Shown: piece after piece, positions 16,178 through 25,400 of the stretch
Numbering within the stretch: position 1 is the first letter of the stretch
Layout of the letters: each line of letters begins with the position of its first letter
NCBI GenBank assembly: GCA_017445365.1
Contig: JAFSUH010000017.1
Span: forward strand, 1 to 42,024
DNA length: 42,024 nt
Reading direction: 5' to 3'
Origin: Kiritimatiellia bacterium
GTDB taxonomy: Bacteria; Verrucomicrobiota; Kiritimatiellia; CAIQIC01; Lenti-01
Translations under genes and position numbers: made by a program
Notes under the pieces: generated by a model
The model's database searches: none
Seen by the model: the letters and a program-made list of their open reading frames with translations, nothing else
What the model was told of the DNA's origin: nothing

Positions 16178-16543
16178 ATGGACGAAGTCGGGATTTCCTT
16201 GGAAGGCATTTCCGCCCCCTGCGTGCTGGGGGTCCATCCCGCCGAACGCCTCGCCCCGCGCGAGGTGCTGGTCGATGTCGCGCTTGTCGTCGAGCGGCCG
16301 CGCGACGCCGCGGACGAGCTTTCCACCACGCTCGATTACGGCGGGCTCGAAACCCTCGTCCGCGTCACGGCGGCGCAGGGCGCCTTCTTCCTCGTCGAAT
16401 CGCTCGCCGAGGCCATTGCCGCAAAGTGCCTGCGTTTCGTCAAGGTGCGCGCGGCCACCGTCACCGTCGAAAAGGTCGCCGTCCTGCCGCACACCCGGGC
16501 GGTGCGCGTCACCGTCCGGCGCACCCGTCCGGCGGAGGGGTGA
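16178..16543 (+). CDS. folB: Dihydroneopterin aldolase (FolB family)
   Basis: In-frame ATG 16178 within track ORF 16001..16543. 121 aa. Pattern VLGVHPAERLAPREVLVDVAL...DELSTTLDYGGL...ESLAEAIAAKCL is typical of FolB tunnelling-fold proteins. Confidence 0.72.
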   Translation: MDEVGISLEGISAPCVLGVHPAERLAPREVLVDVALVVERPRDAADELSTTLDYGGLETLVRVTAAQGAFFLVESLAEAIAAKCLRFVKVRAATVTVEKVAVLPHTRAVRVTVRRTRPAEG

Positions 16544-17771
16544 GCCCCGCAGGCCCGCCCCGCGCGGCTTCCGCGACGGCGAGCGCGTGGATTTCGCAGA
16601 AGGATCGGCCCAGCGCCGCCGCCGCCGCGCGGACGCTCTCCGCTTCCGGCCAGGTGCGTTCGATGCCCCAGAGCGACGCTTTCTTGACGGCGATCCGATG
16701 CCCGCACACCGCCACTTCGCCCGCCGCGCGCGCCATCTTGATCCGTTCGATGGAGCGGACGCGCAGGCCAATCGTCGTCGTGTGCCGGAACGCGGCTTCC
16801 GCGACGGCGCGCATCTCCCTGGCACCCGCGATTGCCTGCACCTGCCAGCCCGGACGGCCTTTTTTCATGAAAACCGGAAGGAAATGCACTTCCTTCGCCC
16901 CCGCCGCGTACAGTTTCCCCGCCGCCTCCGCGAGCGCCTCCCCCGTCGCGTCGTCCACCTCGAAGACGAGTTCCTTTTCGCCGCACGCGTCCGGCGCCTC
17001 TTCCGCCGCTTCCTCCAGGAGCAAGGCGGTCAGCGCGTTGGGCATGCCGAAATCGCGCTTGCCGATGCCCGTGCCGCGGGCGAGCACGCGGTAGCGCTCC
17101 GGCGGGGCGTCGAGGGTTTTGAGCACCGCCGCCGCCGCGATGCCGGTCGGCGTGAGCCGTTCGCCTTCCGCCGGGCCGCGTTGCAGGACCAGACCGCTCG
17201 CGCGGGCGATTTCCGCGACCGCCGGAACGGGAACGGGGAGGACCCCGTGCGCCGCGCGGATGCTGCCGTATCCGGCGACGAGGTCTCCGACGGCGCACGC
17301 GTCGCACGCGAGGTCGTCGGCGAGGACGGCGATGCCCGCGATGTCCGCGATCGAATCGAGCGCGCCCACTTCGTGGAAGTGGACCTCTTCCTTCGCCACG
17401 CCGTGGACCCTGGCTTCCGCTTCGGCGAGGATGTCGAACATCCCTTCCGCGAGGCGGCGGGCGCCTTCCGCCATCGGCAGGCGGGAAAGGACGGCGCGCA
17501 CGTCGGCCGGGTGCCGGTGGCGGGGATGGCCGGGCGTTTCCGTTTCGGGATAGGGGAGGGGCGCTTCCCCGTCGGGCAGCGAAACCGAAAACACGGTCCC
17601 GGCGATGCCGTGGCTGTTCCCGCGCGAGACCGAAAAGGAGAGCCCTTCCGCCGCGAGCGGGGCGAGCGCGTCGCGCAATTTTTTTTCGCTCGCGCCCAGG
17701 TCGAGCAGGGAAGCGGCCAACATGTCGCCGCTCATGCCGTTCGTGCCGTCGAGGAAGAGGATTCTACGCAT
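16509..17771 (-). CDS. larC: Nickel-pincer cofactor biosynthesis protein LarC (nickel insertion)
   Basis: Track ORF, 420 aa. MRRILFLDGTNGMSGDMLAASLLDLGA and VHFHEVGALDSIADIAGIAV are the LarC/DUF111 hallmarks. The 3' end overlaps convergent folB by 35 nt. Confidence 0.85.
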   Translation of the reverse strand: MRRILFLDGTNGMSGDMLAASLLDLGASEKKLRDALAPLAAEGLSFSVSRGNSHGIAGTVFSVSLPDGEAPLPYPETETPGHPRHRHPADVRAVLSRLPMAEGARRLAEGMFDILAEAEARVHGVAKEEVHFHEVGALDSIADIAGIAVLADDLACDACAVGDLVAGYGSIRAAHGVLPVPVPAVAEIARASGLVLQRGPAEGERLTPTGIAAAAVLKTLDAPPERYRVLARGTGIGKRDFGMPNALTALLLEEAAEEAPDACGEKELVFEVDDATGEALAEAAGKLYAAGAKEVHFLPVFMKKGRPGWQVQAIAGAREMRAVAEAAFRHTTTIGLRVRSIERIKMARAAGEVAVCGHRIAVKKASLWGIERTWPEAESVRAAAAALGRSFCEIHALAVAEAARGGPAGLTPPPDGCAGR

Positions 17772-18477
17772 GGGGTTCCTTGTTTTTCCGTTTTCCGGTT
17801 TTCGCCGCGAGGATGCGGCAGGCGACGGAAGCCGCGCCGAAGCCGTTGTCGATGTTGACGACGCTCACGCCCTCCGCGCAGCTGTTGAGCATGGAGAGGA
17901 GCGGCGCGATGCCGCCGAAGCCCGCGCCGTACCCGACGGAGGTCGGCACCGCCACGACGGGGGCGGGGACGAGGCCCGCGAGGACGCTGGCGAGCGCCCC
18001 CTCCATGCCCGCGACGGCGATGACGGCATCGGCGCGGCGGATTTCGCCGATGGCGGCGAGGAGGCGGTGGAGGCCCGCGACGCCGATGTCGGGGAAGCGC
18101 GCGACGCGCACGCCGAAGAAGGCGAGGGTGTCGGCGGCTTCTTCGGCGACGGGGAGGTCGCCCGTGCCTCCGGTGCAGACGGCGACAAGGCCGGGAAGGC
18201 GGGGACGGCGGGCGCGCGGCGGGCGGACGGCGATGGTCCGCGCGCAGGGGTGGTATTCGTGGGGCAGTCCGGCGCCGGCGAGGAAGGCGTGCTGTTCTTC
18301 GGTCGCGCGGGTGACGAGGGCGGGGGAGCCGTGCGAAAGGAAGGCGCGGAGGATTTCGAGGAGTTGCGCGGGCGTCTTGCCGGGGCCGTAGACGGTTTCG
18401 CCCTGGCCGGTGCGGCGGGGGCGTTGCAGGTCGAGGCGGGCGAAGCCGAGGTCGGCGGAATCGGGGGCGGGGGGCAT
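17764..18477 (-). CDS. larB: Nickel-pincer cofactor biosynthesis protein LarB (AIR-carboxylase-like)
   Basis: Track ORF, 237 aa. GETVYGPGKT, VAVCTGGTGDLPVAEEA, IAVAGMEGALASVLAGL...VVAVPTSVGYG. It overlaps the larC start by 8 nt. Confidence 0.85.
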   Translation of the reverse strand: MPPAPDSADLGFARLDLQRPRRTGQGETVYGPGKTPAQLLEILRAFLSHGSPALVTRATEEQHAFLAGAGLPHEYHPCARTIAVRPPRARRPRLPGLVAVCTGGTGDLPVAEEAADTLAFFGVRVARFPDIGVAGLHRLLAAIGEIRRADAVIAVAGMEGALASVLAGLVPAPVVAVPTSVGYGAGFGGIAPLLSMLNSCAEGVSVVNIDNGFGAASVACRILAAKTGKRKNKEPHA

Positions 18478-18527
18478 GGGGGGAGTTTCGCGCCGCGCCC
18501 CGCGCGGCGCAATGCAAAACGGTGGAC

Positions 18528-18832
18528 GCGGCTCGGTGGGGACACCTCGCCCACCGGAATGCAGGCCGACGCCATGCCGGGGCGGCGCCCTGGCGGGGGA
18601 TTTCGGCGGGCAGGGGAGAGGCAGAGGTTTCGATTGCCGTCGGATTGAACCCGCGGGCTTCCCAAAAGGAAGGGCAAGCGTTGGCTTTTTCCTTTGGGAA
18701 GCCGCCTGTCAAATCCGATGGCTTTCGACGGCCCTCGATGGCTCTCGATGGCCTTCGAAACAATTGACGCAAGCGTGGCGGCCATCCCTCCCGCGCCAGC
18801 GGCGCCTGCTCACGCCTGGCGTCACCTCCGGG
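18528..18832. repeat. GC-rich mosaic repeat, unit 1 (modules X-W-Z-Y)
   Basis: X 18528-18584 matches 10583-10641. W ggcgccctggcgggggatttcggcgggcag is at 18584-18613. Z is the hairpin cttcccaaaaggaa...ttcctttgggaag at 18658-18701. Y gacgcaagcgtggcggccatccctcccgcgccagcggcgcctgctcacgcctggcgtcacctccggg is at 18766-18832. Confidence 0.85.
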
Positions 18833-18837
18833 TGCAA

Positions 18838-18971
18838 CAGCGCGGCAAGATGCCGCACCTCCGGAAGGGGCCTCAAGCGGGGGTTGGCTTTGCGTTCGGG
18901 GGTGCGGCAACGCCCCAAGAAGCAAGCTCCTTGGGGGGCCCCAAGTCTTGCCGCGCTGCTTTCCTTTTTTT
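18838..18971 (+). ncRNA. Candidate structured small RNA or terminator-like element (three-helix fold followed by a U-run)
   Basis: Hand-checked pairings. P1 18838-18850 with 18946-18958: 13 Watson-Crick pairs. P2 18851-18865 with 18895-18909: 15 pairs including 2 G-U. P3 18913-18919 with 18930-18936: 7 pairs. The tail is ctttccttttttt (18959-18971). No homologue is known to me. Confidence 0.3.
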
Positions 18972-18993
18972 GGGGGGGACGCCAAGCGGTGGC

Positions 18994-19259
18994 GGCGCCC
19001 TGGCGGGGGATTTCGGCGGGCAGAGTGCCCCCGGACGGCGGCGGGATTCCGGCAGACCGGTTGACCGGAAGACCGGATTGAACGGGCGGGGTTCCCACAG
19101 GGAATGACAAGCGCGTGTTTTCCCCTTTGGAATTTCATTTGTCACAACCCGGTCAACCGGTCACCCGATTTGCCGGTCAACCGGAAACGCCTGACCCAAG
19201 CGTGGCGGCCATCCCTCCCGCGCCAGCGGCGCCTGCTCACGCCTGGTGTCACTTCCGGG
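18994..19259. repeat. GC-rich mosaic repeat, unit 2 (modules W-Z-Y)
   Basis: It is near-colinear with 28173-28409. Shared strings include ggcgccctggcgggggatttcggcggg, cggcagaccggttgaccggaagaccggat, a ttcccacagggaa...tcccctttggaa hairpin, ttcatttgtcacaacccggtc, and gcgtggcggccatccctcccgcgccagcggc. Confidence 0.88.
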
Positions 19260-19322
19260 AATCCCGCGTTTCGATCGGATGCGCCTTGCGTTCCGGCGGA
19301 TTTGCGCCAAAATCTTCCTCCC

Positions 19323-22300
19323 ATGCGCACGACGACGGAATGCCTGCCCCCCGACCGGAAGCTCGTCGATGCGGTCGCCGACTGGCTCCTGCCGCGCGTC
19401 CGCACCGATGTCTCCGGCGCGCCGTCGCTCTCGCACCTCCTCCTCGTCGTCCCCACCGCGCAGGCCAACCGCCAGCTTCGCCTCTCCCTCGCCTCCCGCG
19501 CCGCCGCCCGCGGGTACGGCGGCATCCTCCCGCCGGACGTGCGCCTCCCCATGCAGCTCGTCGTCCCCGCGGACGGCTCCCTCCCGACCGCGACCCCCTT
19601 CCAGTTGCGCGCGGCCTTCCTCCGCTTCCTCTCCGCCCTCCCGCCGCCCCCCCCGCCCTCCGCGGAGGAGGAAGACGCCCCGGACGACTGGACGCGCTTT
19701 TTCCGTACCGCCGAAATGGCGGATTTCCGTTCCGCGCTCGCCTTTTTCGACCAGATGCGCGACATCTGGAACATCCTCTCCGGCGCGGGCCTCTCCATGC
19801 AGGACGTTCCCCTCCACCCGAAGGCGCGCGAAGTCCTCGCCGCCGCGCAGGGCGACGAAACGGCCCGCTGGGAACGCCTCGCCGCCTTCGAAAAGGCCTT
19901 CTTCTCCTTCCTCCGCGCGCACGGCCTCCGCCACGAAGCCGAAAGCGTGAAACTCGCGAAGACGGCCCCGCAGGCCCTCCCCGACGAAATCGAGGAGGTC
20001 GTCCTCCCGGCCCTGGTCGATCCGGTGGGCGTGCTCTACGACGTCCTGGAACGCCAGCGGCCCGCGCTCCGCCTCACGGTCCTCGTCCACGCCGCCCCCG
20101 CCGACGCGGGCAAGTTCGACACGTGGGGGCGGCCCGAACCCGCCGCGTGGACCGGCCCCGAATGGACCGGCAAGGGCTGGCGCGGCCCGGCGCGGCCCGT
20201 CCTCGCGGGCCTGCGCGACCAGGACATCGTCCGCGCGGCGGGCGACGGGGAACTCGCGCGGAAAGTCGCCCAAGATTTCCCGCCCGCGGACAGCGGCAAG
20301 GCCCTCCCCGCGCTCGGGCTCTGCGACGCGTCGCTCCACCCGGAACTCGCGGCGGCGTTCCTCAACGCGGGGTACGACCTGCACAACCCCGAAAAGCGCT
20401 ACCTCCTCCTCTCCTCCCCGGGCCGTCTCGCGGCGAACCTCCTCGCCGCCTTCCCGGCGGACGCCTGCTCGTGGGACGCCTTCGCGGCAATCCTCCGCGA
20501 AAATGACGCGCTGGACGCCGTCCTCCGCGCGGTCGCCAAAAACGGCCAGCCCGGCCGCACGGACGTGCTCGCGGGTCTCGACCTCGTCCGCAACGCCTTC
20601 TTGCCGCGCACCGTCCCCGCGGAGTGCGCCTTCGACGAAGCGCGCTTCGGCAAGCCCGGCGAGCGGGTCCTCTTCCGCGCCTTCCGCACGGCGGCGCGCG
20701 GCCTCCTCGCGATGATGGCGCAAGCCCGCGCGGAGTCTTCCTCCCCCGCGGGATTCCTCCGCGGGATGCTTTTCCGCCTCTACGCCTCCCGCAAGCTGGA
20801 CGCGCAGGACGACGGGGACCGGGAATTCGCCTCGGCGGCGCAGGCGCTGCGCGGCGTGCTGGACCAGGCCGAGGAAGCGGAAGCCGCCGCGGCGGGTCTT
20901 CCGGCGGGCGCGGGGGGGGAACTCCTGCGCCGCTCGCTGGCGGAAGCGACCTACGCGACGGAGCCGGAGACCAAGGACGCCATCCGCACCGAAGGGTGGC
21001 TGGAACTCGCCTGGAGCCCGGCGGACAAGATCGCGCTCGCCGGGTTCCACGAGGGCGCCGTCCCCGACAGCGTGGCGGGGCATCCGTTTTTGCCGGACTC
21101 GCTGCGCGCGGCGCTGGGGCTCGGCAACAACCGGCGGCGGCTCGCGCGGGACACGTACCTTTTGCACGCCCTCCTCGCGGCGCGCGCGGGGGACCCCGGC
21201 GCGGTCCGCGCGTACGTCTCCGCGGCCGGGGCGGACGGCGACATCCACCGGCCGAGCCGCCTGCTCTTCCTCGTGGACGACGCGGCGCTGGCGGGGCGGG
21301 CCGAACGGCTCTTCGGGGAACTCGCGCCGGGCGAGCCGCTCCCGGCGCGCGGGCTGGCGGACGCGTGGCGGCCGGCGCTGCCGGACGAAGCGAACCCGCC
21401 GGGGAAACGGGCGGACCGCCCGCTGGGCGCGTTTTCCGCGAGCGCCATCGACTCGTGGCTGCGATGCCCCTTCACGTACCTTTTCGAACACGGCCTCGAG
21501 ATGCACCGCGTCCGGGAACTGGACGAGCTGGACGCCCCCGCCTTCGGGAACCTCGTCCACGCGGCGCTCGAAGCGCATGCGACGGGGCAGCTGGCGCGGG
21601 GGGCAGCGCCCTTGTCAAGCGAAAAGGAAATCGCGGCGGAGCTGGCAAAAATCCTCGGCACGCTCCGCGCGCGCTTCGGGCGGAACCCCGGCGTCAAGAT
21701 CGCGCTCCAGTTCGAGGCCGCGGCGAAACGGCTCGCGTGCTTCGCCGCCATCGAGGCGAAATGGATCGCCGAGGGGTGGCGGATCGCCCTGCCGCCGGAG
21801 TATCCGATTTCGACGCACCCCTTCGCGGAGGAGGGCTTCCGCGACGTGCTCGTCAAGGGGGCCGTGGACCGCATCGACGTGCGCGATTCCGCCGACGGGC
21901 GCCGGGAATACCGCCTGATCGACTACAAGACCTGGGACAAGGTGTCCGGCGCATGGAGCAAAATCCTCAAGGGCGGGGCGGAAGAAGCGGAGCATGCGGC
22001 CCGCCTCGCCCTTCCCGTGACGCCGCCGGACAAGAAGGGCAGGGCGATGCGGCTTCTCACGGTCCAGTTGCCGCTGTACGGCCGCTGCCTCGAAACGCAG
22101 GCGCCGGAGATTTTCCTTGACGGGGAGGGCAAAAGCCGCATCGCCGACTTCTGCTACGTCATTCTCGGCCGCTCGCCCGGGGACGCGGCGGTCCTGGGAA
22201 GCGCCTTCGACCAGGCGCCCTTCGAGGCGGTCAAAACGAAACCGAAGCCGGTCTTGGCCGATTTCGCCGCTCTCGCGCTCGAAACCGCCCGAACGGCCGT

Positions 22301-22478
22301 CGCGCGCATCCGGGAAAACGTCTTCTGGCCGCCGGGGCCCTCGGAGGTCTGGAAACGCGACATCCGCGAGTTGCTCGCCTTCTCCCCGGAAAGGGACTTC
22401 CCGCCCGGCACCGCGTGGCGCGACCGGCAGGAGGAAAAACTCGCCCGCCTCGCGGCGCGAACGGAGGGCGGGGCGTGA
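19323..22478 (+). CDS. AddB-like PD-(D/E)XK nuclease subunit (degenerate helicase-like N-terminus)
   Basis: In-frame ATG 19323 (MRTTTECLPPDRKLVDAVADWLL) inside track ORF 19104..22478, whose first 73 codons are repeat DNA. No GxGKT Walker A is visible (LLLVVPTAQANRQLRL instead). The C-terminal RecB-family nuclease motifs are SASAIDSWLRCPFTYLF, FGNLVHAALE and VKGAVDRIDV...YRLIDYKT. It is followed by, and start/stop-overlapped with, a UvrD-type helicase-nuclease. Confidence 0.75.
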   Translation: MRTTTECLPPDRKLVDAVADWLLPRVRTDVSGAPSLSHLLLVVPTAQANRQLRLSLASRAAARGYGGILPPDVRLPMQLVVPADGSLPTATPFQLRAAFLRFLSALPPPPPPSAEEEDAPDDWTRFFRTAEMADFRSALAFFDQMRDIWNILSGAGLSMQDVPLHPKAREVLAAAQGDETARWERLAAFEKAFFSFLRAHGLRHEAESVKLAKTAPQALPDEIEEVVLPALVDPVGVLYDVLERQRPALRLTVLVHAAPADAGKFDTWGRPEPAAWTGPEWTGKGWRGPARPVLAGLRDQDIVRAAGDGELARKVAQDFPPADSGKALPALGLCDASLHPELAAAFLNAGYDLHNPEKRYLLLSSPGRLAANLLAAFPADACSWDAFAAILRENDALDAVLRAVAKNGQPGRTDVLAGLDLVRNAFLPRTVPAECAFDEARFGKPGERVLFRAFRTAARGLLAMMAQARAESSSPAGFLRGMLFRLYASRKLDAQDDGDREFASAAQALRGVLDQAEEAEAAAAGLPAGAGGELLRRSLAEATYATEPETKDAIRTEGWLELAWSPADKIALAGFHEGAVPDSVAGHPFLPDSLRAALGLGNNRRRLARDTYLLHALLAARAGDPGAVRAYVSAAGADGDIHRPSRLLFLVDDAALAGRAERLFGELAPGEPLPARGLADAWRPALPDEANPPGKRADRPLGAFSASAIDSWLRCPFTYLFEHGLEMHRVRELDELDAPAFGNLVHAALEAHATGQLARGAAPLSSEKEIAAELAKILGTLRARFGRNPGVKIALQFEAAAKRLACFAAIEAKWIAEGWRIALPPEYPISTHPFAEEGFRDVLVKGAVDRIDVRDSADGRREYRLIDYKTWDKVSGAWSKILKGGAEEAEHAARLALPVTPPDKKGRAMRLLTVQLPLYGRCLETQAPEIFLDGEGKSRIADFCYVILGRSPGDAAVLGSAFDQAPFEAVKTKPKPVLADFAALALETARTAVARIRENVFWPPGPSEVWKRDIRELLAFSPERDFPPGTAWRDRQEEKLARLAARTEGGA

Positions 22479-25400
22479 AGCAGAACCTCGTCATCCGCGC
22501 GGCGGCCGGTACGGGCAAGACCTTCTCGCTCGCCACCCGCTTCCTCCGCCTGATGCTCTTCCAGGGCGCGAAGCCGGAACGCATCCTCGCCCTCACCTTC
22601 TCGCGCGCCGCGGCGCAGGAGATTTACACGGCGCTCCTCCGCCGCCTCTGGCAGGCCGCGGCAAGCGACGCCGGGGCCGCGCGCGAGCGCGGCATCCTCC
22701 TCGCGGACCTGGACGAAGCGGACAAGGCGGCCCTCGCGGCCAGGGGCGTCGATTTTTCCGCCGCCGCTTTCCGCACGCTCCTCCGCCGCGTGCTGGACGC
22801 CCAGCACTGCGGCACCATCGCCACCCTCGACAGCTTCATCCTCCGCATCGTCCGCAATTTCCCGCTCGAAATGGGCTTCCAGCGCACCGTCGGCGTGCTC
22901 GACGGATGCGGCGAGGAAAAGGCGGCGGCGGACGCGCTGGCGGCGCTCCTTTCCGGCGGCGCGCCCGACGGCGCCTTCCCGGGGGATTTCTTCCGCGCGG
23001 TGCGCGGCGGATCCGTCCGTTCCTGCGCCGGGACGGTCGCGGAGGCGATGGACGGCTGGCGCGCGTTCCGCCTCGCCTGCCGCGGGGCCTGCGACGACTG
23101 GACGGCCTCCTCGATGCGCCGCGCGCTCGGGCTCGACCCGCTTCCCGCCAAGCCGACCGACGAGGCGTTTTCGGCGGCGCTGGCCGGGGTCGCGGGAAAC
23201 AACAAGGGGCTTTTCGAAGCGTTCAAGAAACATCTCGATGCCTTCGGGCCGGAAGGGAGGCTTTTCGGCGACAACAAGGCCGGGGAGATGGCGCGGTTTT
23301 TCATGGCCCACCCCGAAGCCACCGTTTTCCGCCACGAAACAAAAGGGGGAAGCAAGCGCGGTCCGCAGGAGAAGGTTTGCGACTGCGGGGAGGCGGGCGC
23401 CGCGTTCGTCCGCGCCGCGGTCCGCTGGATGGTGGCGGGAAAAATCGAATACGCCGTCGGCACCGTCCGCGCGAAGCTCGCGCTCGTCCGCTCGGCGGAG
23501 CGGGTGTACGACGCGGCGACGCGGCGGCAGGGCCTCCTCGCCTTCGGCGATTTCACCGACGCGGTCGCGGCGAAAGCCGCCGGCGGAAGCACCGCCCTGA
23601 AGCTCGAAAACCTGCAGTTCCGCTTCGACGCCGCGTTCGACCACTGGGCGCTCGACGAGTTCCAGGACACGAGCGCCCTCCAGTGGGCGTGCCTCGAATC
23701 CCTCGTCCGCTCGGCCGCGCAGGAGGGCGGCGGCCGGTCGGTGATGGCGGTGGGGGACCTGAAGCAATCCATCTACACGTGGCGGGGCGGCGACGACACG
23801 CCCTTCCTGGAGCTGATGGGCTGGGCGGAATTCGCCCCGCCCGCGGGCGAAATCCGCGAGAACGCCGTCTCCCGGCGGTACGGACGGCACACGGTGGATT
23901 TCATCAACCGCGTGTTCGGGCCGGAGAACGTCGAGCGCGTGTTCGACCCGGCGCGGCTGGAGAAAGAAGGCATCCCGGAGGCGGCGTGCCGCGATGCCGT
24001 CGCGCGCTGGTGCGCGCCGGAGTGCTGGATGGACCACCAAGCGGACCCCGGCCGCTCCCTGCCCGGCGACTTCGTGCAGGTGCTCGCGGTGGAACCGCCG
24101 GGGACCGGGGAAGGAAACGCGGAGGACGGAGGCGGGGAACGGGAGGAGGACGAAGAGCGGAAGCCGAGCGCCGCGATGCGCATCCTCGCCCCCGCCGTCT
24201 GCGCGTTCGTCAAGGATTTCTGGGAGAAGCACGAGGCGTGCGGGAGCACGGACACGGTGGCAATCCTCGTCAGGACCAACGGCGACGGCCTCGCGCTCGC
24301 GGAACGCCTGCGGGCGATGGACGGCGCCCCGCCGGTGGTCTGGGAGGGGGCCGACGGCATCCTCGATTCGCCGGCCGTCCGGGCGGTGCTTGCGCTCCTC
24401 TCGCTCGCCGAACACCCGCAGGATTCCTTCGCGTGGACGTTTTCCGAAGGGCTTGTGCCGCTGGGGCGGCTCGTTTTCCCCGGCCTCGGGAACCGCGCCA
24501 AGGTGTCGAAGGCGCTGGCCGCGATGCTCTCGAAGCTCGGGCTCGCGCGGACGCTCAAGGCCGTTGTCTCGCGCATCGCCGCGGCGCCGGAGGGGATGCG
24601 GCCGGACGCGCGGTCGCTCAGGCGCCTCAAGGCGCTGGTCCGCGAGGGCGTCGCGTACGAACGGCGCGCGGAGGCCGACGAGGGGATCGCGGGCTTCCGG
24701 GAATACCTCGCCCTCGCGGCGGGGCGCGAAACGTCGGACTCGCCGCGCGTCGTCCGCATCTTGACCATCCACCGCGCGAAGGGGCTCACCATCGACCACG
24801 TGATCGTGCCGGTTCCGGAATCGGGAACCCGGGAGACGATCGTGCAGCCCGCCGGGGTCGCGCACGGCGCGGTGCGCTTGCACGACGCGGCCGCGGGGTG
24901 GGCGGTCGAGGGAATCGGCGCGGACGAGGCGCGGTGGAACCCGGTGCTTGCGGAAGCGTGGAACCGCGCGGCGAACGAAAACGTCCTCGACCGGCTCCGC
25001 CTTTCCTACGTGGCCTTGACCCGCGCGCGCAAATCGACGCACGTCTTCGTCTGCGGAACGGAGGAAAAGCGTTTTGGGAAAATCCAGTTCCGCGATTTGC
25101 TCTTCGCCGCGTTCCCGGACGGGGCGGGGGAGGGCGACGGGGAAGACGCCGCCGCGGCGGAGGGGAGCCCGCGCGTGCGGACGCTGTGGCGCGCGGGGCC
25201 GGAGCCGGACTTCGGCCGGGCGGAAGAAAGGGCGCCGGAAGAGGACGCCGGCTGGGTCCACGCGGACGGGGCGGCGCGCGTCGTGCGGCGGTCGCCGTCG
25301 GCGGATCAAACGGGCGCGGGGAAGCGGCGCGGGATACCGGCCTCGTCGCTCTTCGCGCGCGGGGAGACCGCGGCGGAACGGGGAACGGAGCTGCACGCGA

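Noticed and set aside
16509-16543. 35-nt overlap of the convergent folB and larC 3' ends as a possible mis-annotation or frameshift
   Set aside because: Both reading frames are uninterrupted and both proteins end with plausible, poorly conserved tails. Short convergent overlaps are common in compact high-G+C genomes.
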